From Microcoleus sp. (GTDB lineage: Bacteria > Cyanobacteriota > Cyanobacteriia > Cyanobacteriales > Microcoleaceae), in assembly GCF_049646505.1 (NCBI RefSeq), contig NZ_JBARVX010000073.1:7510-71509 (forward strand): DNA of 64,000 nt, read 5' to 3'. The notes under the pieces are model-generated. The model worked only from the letters and a program-made list of their open reading frames with translations, was not told the origin of the DNA and did no database searches. The stretch's first letter is position 1. Every line of letters begins with the position of its first letter. Below, piece after piece: positions 20,638 to 29,406 of the stretch. The translations under genes and the position numbers were made by a program.

Positions 20638-20688
20638 GATCGAATAAACCGCGAACGCGCTATCAGCGTCTTCGCGGTTTATTCGATC
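20638..20688. terminator. Bidirectional terminator hairpin between convergent pxcA and rodA
   Basis: ggatcgaataaaccgcgaa - 15-nt loop - ttcgcggtttattcgatc, an approximately 18-bp perfect stem. Confidence 0.7.
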
Positions 20689-20725
20689 TTACCACCTATT
20701 ATAGCGGTTATCAAGCGTTGCGAGG

Positions 20726-20830
20726 TATGCCCGATGCCCTGCGCGGGCCGATGCCCTGCGCGGGCCGATGCCCGATGCCCTGCGCGGGCCGATGCCCCAT
20801 GCCCTGTTTGGCCCATGCCCCATGCCCGAC
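20726..20830. repeat. Tandem repeat (gatgccctgcgcgggcc x3 interleaved with CATGCCC/GATGCCC heptamers)
   Basis: Read directly. It is intergenic and generates the spurious ORF 20548..21153. Confidence 0.9.
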
Positions 20831-20860
20831 ATCACCTCATCTTCCTGAGAAATGCTACAT

Positions 20861-22120
20861 CTAATTCCAACGCTTCTTGCGCTGTCGCTGGTTCGCTACC
20901 GATTCCACCAGTCCCAGTCCGAGAAAATTACTCAGCAGCGAGGCATTCCCGTAACTCAGGAAGGGCAGGGGAATTCCCGTTACCGGGGCTAAGCCGATGT
21001 TCATCCCAATATTTACGAATACCTGAAAAATTAACATTGACAGTACGCCGATCGCCAGCAATGAACCAAAATTGTCGTTGGCAGTTTGAGCGATCGTTAC
21101 CAACCGGAAACAAATTACCCAGAACGCCAACAGCACGAGAATGCAGCCAATAAAGCCCAATTCTTCGCCAATCGCCGAAAAGATAAAGTCCGTATGCTGT
21201 TCGGGAATAAAGTTAAGCTGAGTTTGCGTTCCCTGAAACAAACCCCTGCCTTTGAGTTCTCCAGCCCCGATCGCAATCCGAGATTGAATCAAGTGATATC
21301 CGCTACCTAAAGGGTCTTTCTCCGGGTTTAAAAACCCTGTCAGGCGCATTTTTTGATAATCCTGAAGCACACCCCAAAAAAGGTGTCCGACGTGTCCCGA
21401 CACCACGTTCACCAGCACAGCAGCGAAAGTCCCCAACCAAGGCCAAGGTAGGCTTCGCCAAGCGATAATCCCCGCAACGACTACCCAAGCGATCCAAATC
21501 GGTGTAGACAAGTTGTTTAACAGAACGGAGATTAGAGGAGAAAACAGCAATATCAGCCAGCCGGGATTGACATTACCCCAGTAAAACATCCCCATTGTGA
21601 TCGCGCCAAACACCAGAGAAGTACCTAAATTTGGTTCAGCAAAGATCAATCCCCAGGGTAGGGCCATAATCGCCAGCATCTTCAACATATCCCTGACTGT
21701 GGGGACAGTTTTGTCGTGCAGGAGAGCTGCTAAAGTGATAATCATCCCTACCTTGGCAAATTCTGACGGTTGCAGGTAAAAGCCGCCGATATTGATCCAC
21801 CGCTGGGCACCGAGCCCTGTAGTACCGATAAATCGAACTGCGATCAGTGACAAATTGATGATGATGTAAATCGGCCATTTCCACTGAATCAGTATCTCGT
21901 AGCGGCAGCGGGAAATGATGATGGCTAGGAACAAACCGACTGCGCCAGTTACCCAGTGCCGCCACCAGTCGATCGAAGCCTGGTTCATTTCGACGCTGCG
22001 GATCATGATTCCGCCCAAGATGGTGAGGGTTATGCAGGCGGCAAACAGCCAAGGATCTGATTCTTCCCAGGGTTTGAAGATGGATTTCCAGCGGTTTCTG
22101 CTTTGTATTCTCTGCAACAT
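20861..22120 (-). CDS. rodA: Rod shape-determining protein RodA (SEDS family peptidoglycan polymerase)
   Basis: QRWINIGGFYLQPSEFAK, FIPEQHTDFIFSAIGEELGFIG, about 10 TM helices. The N-terminus resembles cyanobacterial RodA rather than FtsW. Confidence 0.88.
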   Translation of the reverse strand: MLQRIQSRNRWKSIFKPWEESDPWLFAACITLTILGGIMIRSVEMNQASIDWWRHWVTGAVGLFLAIIISRCRYEILIQWKWPIYIIINLSLIAVRFIGTTGLGAQRWINIGGFYLQPSEFAKVGMIITLAALLHDKTVPTVRDMLKMLAIMALPWGLIFAEPNLGTSLVFGAITMGMFYWGNVNPGWLILLFSPLISVLLNNLSTPIWIAWVVVAGIIAWRSLPWPWLGTFAAVLVNVVSGHVGHLFWGVLQDYQKMRLTGFLNPEKDPLGSGYHLIQSRIAIGAGELKGRGLFQGTQTQLNFIPEQHTDFIFSAIGEELGFIGCILVLLAFWVICFRLVTIAQTANDNFGSLLAIGVLSMLIFQVFVNIGMNIGLAPVTGIPLPFLSYGNASLLSNFLGLGLVESVANQRQRKKRWN

Positions 22121-22124
22121 GAGG

Positions 22125-22152
22125 ATTTTAGATTTTAGATTTTAGATTTTAG
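22125..22152. repeat. STRR heptamer array (ATTTTAG x4) abutting the rodA start codon
   Basis: On the coding strand it reads CTAAAATCTAAAATCTAAAATCTAAAATCCTC-ATG. Confidence 0.9.
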
Positions 22153-22582
22153 ATTATCGAACCGATGTTCGGAAGTTGTGGATATATTTCCGATTCTGAG
22201 CTTACACCGTACTGCGCGAGCATTGGTGTCAGTACGTCACTTTATTCGGCGAGTTGTACGGATGTTCCGGGCCTTCAGCTACGGGCTTTTGCTGATTCGT
22301 ACCAATCCCGTGGCGTGTGCATTCCGCACCAATCTAGGGCTTAATTATTTCGCGTTCCGATTTTTTCATTAGTTAAAGCCCAAAAAATTGCTTGGGGGAT
22401 CTTGGTTTTACAATCAAAACGCCCAAACGCCTATCGACAGGCGATTTCCACTGGCAAACAAAGTCAACACTAAGCGCAGCGCACGCGCTAGAAACCCTGC
22501 ACAGAAACCAATCTTCACCTAGGGTGGGCCGGGGGCGCACCTTACCCGGATTTAATAGCCGATCGCCCCCCAAGCCCTAAAA

Positions 22583-22936
22583 TCATCCTTTGGCGGGTTC
22601 GTAAAGATACTCAAAACCGTTACCGTCGAGGTCTCTGCCGTAAAAAGAGGCTGTACCGTCGCGGTGTTCGTGAATGTGGGTGACGGAAACACCTTCGGAT
22701 TTAAGCTGTTCGTAGGCGGATTCCATTTCGGTGCGATCGTCAAACACAAAGCCAAAATGCGGCCCTGCTTGGTCGTAACTCGGACTCAACAGCGCCAAGC
22801 CGTCCTCTCCGGCTTTCAAGTAAGCCCAGTCTGGATCTTTCCAGACTAACTCCATACCCAAATTTCGGTAGAATTCAGCAGATTTTTCGATGTCTTGCAC
22901 GCAGACGGCTACGTGTCCCAATCGTTTTAGTTTCAT
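22583..22936 (-). CDS. VOC (glyoxalase/bleomycin resistance/dioxygenase) family protein
   Basis: 117 aa. MKLKRLGHVAVCVQDIEKSAEFYRNLGMEL...HFGFVF...YGRDLDGNGFEY. Confidence 0.8.
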   Translation of the reverse strand: MKLKRLGHVAVCVQDIEKSAEFYRNLGMELVWKDPDWAYLKAGEDGLALLSPSYDQAGPHFGFVFDDRTEMESAYEQLKSEGVSVTHIHEHRDGTASFYGRDLDGNGFEYLYEPAKG

Positions 22937-22984
22937 GTCTAAAAATTTGATGGTTGTGATTTGAGTTTATTGTATCTTTTTTCT

Positions 22985-23818
22985 GATTTGTTTTTCGGTT
23001 AATTAGGTATTTTTTGAGATTGTTTGGTGCGAGCTAACTGTACCTTTTCTACTTGTTTGCTGGCATTCATTGGGCTGAACAGTTTAATTGCGCGATCGAA
23101 TTTTTCTTGGGCTGTATCGATGTTACCAAGTTATTGTTCTGTCAGGGCTAGTTGATAGCAAGCTTCGGCTCGGTTTAATTTGTTGGAGCGATCGAGTATT
23201 TGGATTGCTTCAGCTAGGTGCTGCAGCGCTGTGTCAAATTCTCCCCTTCTTTTTTGACTCCCACACAGGAGTTGAGGAAAGCGAACCCGACATCGATCGC
23301 ACAACCGTTAATCCCCATTTCCTCCCTCGATTTTTTGAGCTTGACAAATATCTCCATAGCTGCGTCTAATTCCCACAGTTCTATTTGACAAAAACCTATA
23401 TTAATCGCAGCATTAACTTTCCAAAATTCCAGATTAGCTTGTTTGCCATTTTCTTCTTCGCTACTTTTAGCTAGATTTTGCAAACATTTAGTTGACTTTA
23501 TTTCCGAGATTTGGTGACATTCTACGGCTTGATTAATCTCGCATAAGATCCGGCAAGCAACACCTAATATACTGTATAATCCGCTCAAATAATCAGAATT
23601 CACATTGTTGAGTGTGCGAGTAGTTGCTGAAACTATTGACTGTAAAGACCTAATTTATACAGCGCTCTGCAGAGCTGATAATCTTTAGCAAACTGAATAT
23701 TGATTTTTTTGAGGATGATGCTAGCGGCCTGCTCGAAACAGCTAATAGCCACATAGTTGAAGCGTAGTTGGGAAACAATCAAGTAGCTGGGGAGCGATCG
23801 GCAGGCACTTAGACCCAA
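22985..23818 (-). pseudogene. Decayed TPR-repeat protein gene (frameshift plus in-frame stop)
   Basis: Three consecutive minus-strand TPR-like reading segments: 23633..23818, 23214..23603, then, after a frame change, LQHLAEAIQILDRSNKLNRAEACYQLALTEQ*LGNIDTAQEKFDRAIKLFSPMNASKQVEKV. No N-terminal region remains. Confidence 0.6.
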
Positions 23819-24074
23819 GCGCGAGCTTTAGTAGTCCCAAAAATCAGCAAAACCTATCTTCAATAGCCATTCATCATGTCTGTCAACTATGTTGAAAAAG
23901 CCAGTTTTTGCCGATCCCTAACTTAATCCAAACATATATTTAGGAGCCAGGAATCATGTTTTTTAACTATTTTGAAGAAGCAATTATTGCAGAATAAAAT
24001 TAACCTGAATCCGGTCGCATCCGTTTTCAAAAGTGAAACGAAGCATCTCGCTCGATGCTTCGCCCAAGTGCGTA

Positions 24075-24189
24075 ATACCAAATCCGGGTTTTGGAGATTC
24101 TTTACGAACCAGTCGGCCGAGGCCGACTTTGTTTGTGCAAACCTGGTTTCAACCGCCCGTAAAGGGGGTATGTTACCTAGATTTGGCAT
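24075..24189. mobile_element. MITE-like element, family D
   Basis: Ends ataccaaatccgggtt... and ...cgtaaagggggtatgttacctagatttggcat match the TIRs of the copy at 16549. It accounts for ORFs 23923..24189 and 23972..24265. Confidence 0.7.
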
Positions 24190-24194
24190 AAGTC

Positions 24195-25070
24195 CTATTT
24201 TTCATAACGGGCTAGAAGATGCCAGAGAAAGATATCCGGGTCGTCATGATCGATCATCTCTTTAAACATCGAAACAAAAGGCTCATAGTCCAAAAACTGC
24301 ATCTCCAAACTGAGTTGCTTTAATCCCGCTTCTTTAAAGATGCGATTTAACCGCAAGGGAGTGTAATAAATTTGGACTGTTTGCCACTCAGCATCCCAAA
24401 CTTTATTGCCGTAGACATCGATAAATCCCTCTGTAACACAGTGAGCGTGTTTGCGACTGAAATAGGCAATTTCTAAGAAGCATAAGGTTGTTGGGAAATA
24501 TCCGTATATCTTACCACCTGGTTTAAGAACTTTACCAAATTCCCGAATCATCTCGCGGTTGGTTTTATCCTCACTGGAAACCACGGAATTTGCGAGTAGG
24601 ACGTAATCAAATTTCTCGTTCCACTCCGGTTTTTGTTCGGTGATTCGCGTGGAGTCTACTTCCTCAAACACGATTTGCCGATTGTTAAGTCGGGAATCTC
24701 CATCTGCTGTTTTCCAGTCTACTTGTGCTTTTTCAATGGCTGTTTTGGAAAAATCGGTACAGTAGATTTGTCCAATTTGGGGGCAAAATTCTAGTAAAGT
24801 TTTCTGAAGATAAATTTCCGAGCCGCAACCGGGAATTAGGACTTTGATATCAGGTGAGTTGGGAATATCATAGCCGGGAGAACGCTCTGGACGGATTAAG
24901 TTTTTGCAGATTTTGGGGTCTTGGGTGATGCTGAAAGCGGTGTTGGTATAATCTTCGTGGCTTTTATCCCAGATATCTTTCTCTTCTTCAAGAGATTTCG
25001 AGCCTAGGTTTTGAGAAGAGGGAATTAGCCATTTGTAATCATTTATGCCGGTCATAAATTTTAACTCCAA
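24195..25070 (-). CDS. Class I SAM-dependent methyltransferase
   Basis: Motif I-like VLIPGCGSE, acidic loop CTDFS, post-II LKPGGKIYGYF. Substrate unknown. Confidence 0.7.
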   Translation of the reverse strand: MELKFMTGINDYKWLIPSSQNLGSKSLEEEKDIWDKSHEDYTNTAFSITQDPKICKNLIRPERSPGYDIPNSPDIKVLIPGCGSEIYLQKTLLEFCPQIGQIYCTDFSKTAIEKAQVDWKTADGDSRLNNRQIVFEEVDSTRITEQKPEWNEKFDYVLLANSVVSSEDKTNREMIREFGKVLKPGGKIYGYFPTTLCFLEIAYFSRKHAHCVTEGFIDVYGNKVWDAEWQTVQIYYTPLRLNRIFKEAGLKQLSLEMQFLDYEPFVSMFKEMIDHDDPDIFLWHLLARYEK

Positions 25071-25130
25071 AATATTCAGTACAGGTCAAATCTGCGTGTC
25101 ATACCAATTTAATGTGAAGTTGCACATATC

Positions 25131-25215
25131 TCGATCCCCCTAAATCCCCCTTAAGAAGGGGGACTTTGAGCGGAATCTTGTCCCCCCCTTATTAAGGGGG
25201 GCTAGGGGGGATCGG
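25131..25215. repeat. Palindromic repeat family B (gatccccctaaatcccccttaa-aagggggactttgag...ccccccttattaaggggggctaggggggatc)
   Basis: Read directly. Further copies lie at 28162-28365 (inside a CDS) and 32128-32300. Confidence 0.85.
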
Positions 25216-25244
25216 ATTCTACGGGGCCTCATAAAAAATTGGTG

Positions 25245-26912
25245 TCAACCGCTAACAACCAAGCTGCCGTTTTCCATCACGTAAGTGACATCCGCGCGCA
25301 AGGCATTAGCTATGCGGTGGGTGATGAAAATCACGGTGCGTTCTTTGCTAATACGCTCGATGGTGGTGAGGATTTTGGCTTCCGTCGAGGGGTCGAGGGC
25401 GGATGTGGCTTCATCGAGAATCAGAATGGCTGGATTTCTCACCAAAGCTCTAGCTAAGGCGATTCTTTGCCGTTGTCCCCCTGATAACTGTCCGCCCCTG
25501 TCACCCACAGGCGTGTCATAACCTTGAGGTAAGGACAAAATAAATTTGTGAATCTCGGCGGCTTTGGCTGCGGCTTCGACTTGTTCGTCAGTGGCTTGTA
25601 GATAGCCCATGCGGATGTTTTCTCGCACCGAGCAATTAAAGAGAATTACATCCTGAGAAACGAGTCCAATTTGAGAACGGAGGGAGCGTACTGTTGCATG
25701 ACGCAAATCAATTCCATCAAACAGAATGCGTCCTTTATCCGGGTTATAAAATCGCGTCAGCAAGCTGACAATTGTACTTTTGCCTGCTCCACTTTGACCG
25801 ACAAATACCGCGAATTCTCCTTGGCGAATCTTCAGGGATAGATTTTTAACTCCTCCTCTATCTTGGGAGTAGCTAAAGGTAACATTTTCAAAGTTAATAT
25901 CGCTGAAAAAGTGAGGTAAATCGATCGCATCCGGTGCATCCTGAATCGCAGGAGTTTCTGATAAAATATCGCTGATGCGTTGCAGCCCTGCTACTCCATC
26001 AATAAATGCAGGCAGTGACGAAGTTAAGCCGAGGATATTGAGATTCAATCCTAGCATTAAAACTTGAAAGGATGCAAGGGTGCCTACGGAAATGATATTC
26101 TGGTATGTCATGACAGCACCGATACTTAAAACGATAAGCTGCGTCATGACAAAACCAATCATGGGAACTTTCTGCACTAAGTAGGAGAGAAAGGTTGCCC
26201 GGACATAAACCTGTTTTAAGTCATTCAAATCGCTGGCAAAATCCTCAGTCATTTGGTTCTCCAGCCCGAATATCTTGACAACGGTTTGCGAGAGGATATT
26301 CTCTTCGATAACGCTGGCAATCTGTCCTTCTTTTTGCAGCAAATTATAGCCGACTTCGGTGGCAAGGCTGGCAATTTTTGCTGGGGCAATGGTACAGATA
26401 GTTAAACCGATTAAACTCAGCAGGGCTAATTGCCAGTTGAGGAGGAAGAGGAAAACCATAGAAAATAGGAAGTTAGACAGTTCTAAAACAACGACTGTCA
26501 GCCCCATTGTAATTACACCATTTTCCACCTTTTGGACATCGGCGATGAGACAATTGACAATATCCCCGGCTGAACGCCGTCCAAAAAACTCCATTGAAAG
26601 GCTTTGGAGATGCTGGAATAGAGAGTGTCGGATATTGTTGGTGATTAAAATGCCCAAACGCGCTCCGAGGAAAATTCCTAGCAAGCCGATGCAGGCATAT
26701 AGAATTGCTCCGACAACTAGCAATGACAGGATTAGAACCAGAAGACTATAGTTTTGGGGAACGATGGCGGCATCGATGATAAATTTTAAGCTGGCTCGGA
26801 AGACTGAATCAAAGGCTGCGTCGAATATCAGGCAGGTAAAGAGTAAAATGAATTGCCATTTGTAGGAGGCAATGTATTTGTTGAGGGTTTTAAAGAACCA
26901 AATCAGTTCCAT
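25245..26912 (-). CDS. ABC exporter, fused permease/ATPase (MsbA/type I exporter-like)
   Basis: Six-TM N-terminal half, Walker A GQSGAGKST, signature LSGGQRQRIALARAL, Walker B ILILDEATS. Confidence 0.9.
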   Translation of the reverse strand: MELIWFFKTLNKYIASYKWQFILLFTCLIFDAAFDSVFRASLKFIIDAAIVPQNYSLLVLILSLLVVGAILYACIGLLGIFLGARLGILITNNIRHSLFQHLQSLSMEFFGRRSAGDIVNCLIADVQKVENGVITMGLTVVVLELSNFLFSMVFLFLLNWQLALLSLIGLTICTIAPAKIASLATEVGYNLLQKEGQIASVIEENILSQTVVKIFGLENQMTEDFASDLNDLKQVYVRATFLSYLVQKVPMIGFVMTQLIVLSIGAVMTYQNIISVGTLASFQVLMLGLNLNILGLTSSLPAFIDGVAGLQRISDILSETPAIQDAPDAIDLPHFFSDINFENVTFSYSQDRGGVKNLSLKIRQGEFAVFVGQSGAGKSTIVSLLTRFYNPDKGRILFDGIDLRHATVRSLRSQIGLVSQDVILFNCSVRENIRMGYLQATDEQVEAAAKAAEIHKFILSLPQGYDTPVGDRGGQLSGGQRQRIALARALVRNPAILILDEATSALDPSTEAKILTTIERISKERTVIFITHRIANALRADVTYVMENGSLVVSG

Positions 26913-26974
26913 GAGTTAGGGGAGTTTGTATACAGGCACGATTTATACTTTGAGGTAGCATTTATCCAGCTTTG

Positions 26975-27095
26975 GATTGGATTCAGTTGCTCTTTTTTTG
27001 AGGCTGCATCCTTTTTATGTCTCTATCATGACTCCCCTACCTTGCTTTTGTCAGTCGGAAAAGTCGGATCGTAAAGTCGGAAAAGTCGAATCTTT
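26975..27095. promoter_or_regulatory. 121-nt upstream block shared with the ECF sigma gene; contains four GTCGGA hexamers and a proximal CAACTGAA-N16-ATAAAT promoter-like arrangement
   Basis: Gap-free hand alignment to 30374-30494 gives about 110 of 121 identical positions. It lies 63 nt 5' of the ABC exporter ATG on the coding (minus) strand. Confidence 0.5.
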
Positions 27096-27582
27096 TAAGC
27101 AATTTCTGAATTTTTCGAGTTAGAGGCTGTTTTTTCCTAAATCGATGCACCCCATGAAACCTACCTCAAACACGAGAGCTCTAATTTCCTCCGATTGCAC
27201 AAGATTGTGTCATTGAATTAAGGTCGGCAACAAAAGATGTAGGGTGGGCGCTGACGGCAGTACCTACCCTACATCTATTTTCAATTACTGATGTTCAATG
27301 ACTGATTAATTTTCTATCAGAATTGATTTTTGATGTTAGAATCTTCTGGGGCGCCACATAATTATTTTTATCCTTTTTGCTAGTTTTAGTTGTTGTTTAT
27401 GATTGAGGTTTTATCCTCAATCTTGTTCGAGATTAGTCGAGACGAAATTGTATTTTTGTCTCTACACCTATAAGACGAATCCAGAGGTCATTTTCTGAAT
27501 TTTTCGAGTTAGAGGCTGTTTTTTCCCAACTCAATGCACTCTGAGAGGTTCAGATCCCCGACTTCCCTAAGAAGTCAAGGAT

Positions 27583-29406
27583 CTACGCTTTAGCCCGATC
27601 GCCCTTTCGCCTCTTACCTTTCAGCCGTTTCACAGCCTCCTCAACCTCCCCGCGAAAAGGGTAGAACAACCGCCGACTCAGCGCACTTCGATAAGCCTCC
27701 ACAGCCTCCGTCACATCCCCCAAGCCCAACAACCCTCTCCCTTGCCAGTAACCAGCCATCGCCGGGTCAAACTCCATCAATTCCCGGAACTGACAAGCCT
27801 TTTCCAACCATTTCCGACTCGCCACCTCATCCCCCAACACTCGATAACTCTCCCCCAGCCACACCGCAGCAGACACAGATTGCAGATAACTCCCATCTTC
27901 TGGTAACAACTGCCATCCTTGCGCCAAAGCCTCCACCGCTTCCCGGTGTTTCCCCGCCAGCGCCAACACCCGCCCGTGACCAAACCAAGCATCAGGTAAC
28001 TGCGGTTCAAGTTGCGTCCCCTTCGCAGAAACACTACACCCCCGATCGATTTCCTGAAAACTTTCCACCAACACCCGCCCCGCCGTTGTCCAAACACTCC
28101 AGCGATCGGGAAAACGATCGAGCATCTCTTCTACTATGGATGCAAGGGTTACTTGATTGTTCGATCGCCCTAAATCCCACATAAAAAGGGGGACTTTGAG
28201 AGGACGGTTCGAGCCCTCTACATCCCCATTGACTTTGAGACGGCGGTTCGATCCCCCTAAATCCCCCTTAAAAAGGGGGACTTTGAGAGGAGTTCCCCCC
28301 TTGTCATTAGAAGGCTTTGCCTCCTCTAGCTCCCCCCTTTTTAAGGGGGGCTGGGGGGGATCGAGAGGGGCTGGGGGAGAGGCAGCAGGCAAAATCTCAC
28401 ACAACGCCCGATAAATTTCACAATCCTGGGGATACAGACGATAAGCTTTCAGCATCGCCTCAGCCGCTTTCTGATATTCCCCCGTGTGGAACAAGCACCG
28501 CCCATAGGAATACCAACCCCTAGGATGATTCGGGTGTTCCTCAGTAAACCGTTCCAACACCCCAATCCCGTTAGCCGACTCCCCTCGGAATAGGTGATAA
28601 TAGGCCAGCAACTCGCGGGCATCCGCCGCATCGGGAGCCAGTTGCAGCACAGAACTAATTATCTGTTTAGTCTGTTTGCCTTCCTCACCCGATACCAATC
28701 TCATCCGGCAACGAGTATCCGCCAGTCGTTTGAGCGATCGGAAATCACCCGGAGCCACCTCTAGCACTTTGCTCAACCTGCGCTGCGCTTGGCGCACATT
28801 CCCCACCGCCTGACTCGCGTCGTAGCTGTCTATCAGCGCTACAACATCATCCGGGTTCAGTGACAAAACGGCATCGAACGCTCGCAAAGCTGCAACCGCA
28901 TCCCCTCTCCCCCTTTGCACCTGCCCCAACGCCAGCCAGTGAGCCGCATTATCTGGTTCTAGGGAAGCCGCCGACTCAAAAGCCAGTATCGCTGCCTGAG
29001 TGTCACCTTTACAGAGTGCGATCGATCCGCTGATATGCTGTCGAGTCGCCTCATTGCGTGCATTGGCCGAGGCATTTTCATAAACTGCTACTGCCTCAAC
29101 CTCTTGTCCCATAAGCTGCAAGAGTTTTGCCAATTGCAAGTGGACGGCGATCGATGGTGGTTGCTGCCGATCGATTACTTGGCGATACTGCTCAACCGCC
29201 TGCTCAATACGACCCATTGCATACAGCAAATTCGCCAATTCCAACCGTTTCTTCCAGCCAGAGGGATACTGCTGCACGTACTCACTTAATGTTTTCAGCT
29301 TCTGGTCAATTCGGGCTGGCTTTTCGTCTAAAACTAGGTAAGCATTCAGTTCCACCCCAGAGGACTGAGTGAGCGATACCACCCGGAGTGTATGGTTTCT
29401 AGACAT
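27583..29406 (-). CDS. TPR repeat protein encoded immediately downstream of (and overlapping) the ECF sigma gene; possible sigma-factor partner
   Basis: Multiple TPR units (LELANLLYAMGRIEQAVEQYRQVI; HWLALGQVQRGRGDAVAALRAFDAVLSLNPDD, and others). No TM segment or zinc anti-sigma motif seen. A family-B repeat is inserted in-frame at 28162-28365. Confidence 0.75.
   Translation of the reverse strand: MSRNHTLRVVSLTQSSGVELNAYLVLDEKPARIDQKLKTLSEYVQQYPSGWKKRLELANLLYAMGRIEQAVEQYRQVIDRQQPPSIAVHLQLAKLLQLMGQEVEAVAVYENASANARNEATRQHISGSIALCKGDTQAAILAFESAASLEPDNAAHWLALGQVQRGRGDAVAALRAFDAVLSLNPDDVVALIDSYDASQAVGNVRQAQRRLSKVLEVAPGDFRSLKRLADTRCRMRLVSGEEGKQTKQIISSVLQLAPDAADARELLAYYHLFRGESANGIGVLERFTEEHPNHPRGWYSYGRCLFHTGEYQKAAEAMLKAYRLYPQDCEIYRALCEILPAASPPAPLDPPQPPLKRGELEEAKPSNDKGGTPLKVPLFKGDLGGSNRRLKVNGDVEGSNRPLKVPLFMWDLGRSNNQVTLASIVEEMLDRFPDRWSVWTTAGRVLVESFQEIDRGCSVSAKGTQLEPQLPDAWFGHGRVLALAGKHREAVEALAQGWQLLPEDGSYLQSVSAAVWLGESYRVLGDEVASRKWLEKACQFRELMEFDPAMAGYWQGRGLLGLGDVTEAVEAYRSALSRRLFYPFRGEVEEAVKRLKGKRRKGDRAKA
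28162..28365. repeat. Family B palindromic repeat (1.5-2 copies) inserted in-frame in the TPR gene
   Basis: The repeat sequence is translated as ...PPLKRGELEEAKPSNDKGGTPLKVPLFKGDLGGSNRRLKVNGDVEGSNRPLKVPLFMWDLGRS... without any stop codon. Confidence 0.85.

Noticed and set aside
1494-20830. Tandem arrays (1494-1570, 10111-10162, 12869-13057, 20726-20830) considered as CRISPR arrays
   Set aside because: The units are 7-21 nt head-to-tail with no unique spacers. No cas genes are present.
20548-21153. 201-aa plus-strand ORF spanning the pxcA-rodA spacer
   Set aside because: The N-terminal part overlaps the pxcA 3' end, the middle is a translated tandem repeat (CPARADARCPARADAPCP) and the rest is antisense to rodA.
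22380-22582. Possible cobalamin riboswitch fragments (ggtgaagattgg, gccagtgg) on the minus strand upstream of rodA
   Set aside because: Only loose resemblance to the GGTGAAAATCC and GCCACTG boxes. The order and spacing could not be reconciled with the consensus, and the downstream gene (rodA) is implausible as a target.
23923-24265. ORFs 23923..24189 (minus strand) and 23972..24265 (plus strand)
   Set aside because: They lie on the family D MITE and on the antisense of the methyltransferase 3' end. They have no coding features.
27145-27216. 23-codon ORF MHPMKPTSNTRALISSDCTRLCH upstream of the ABC exporter, considered as a possible exported-peptide precursor
   Set aside because: It is on the opposite strand to the exporter and has no Shine-Dalgarno. 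The duplicated copy of its 5' part (27531..) encodes an unrelated peptide, so the similarity is at the nucleotide level, not at the protein level.
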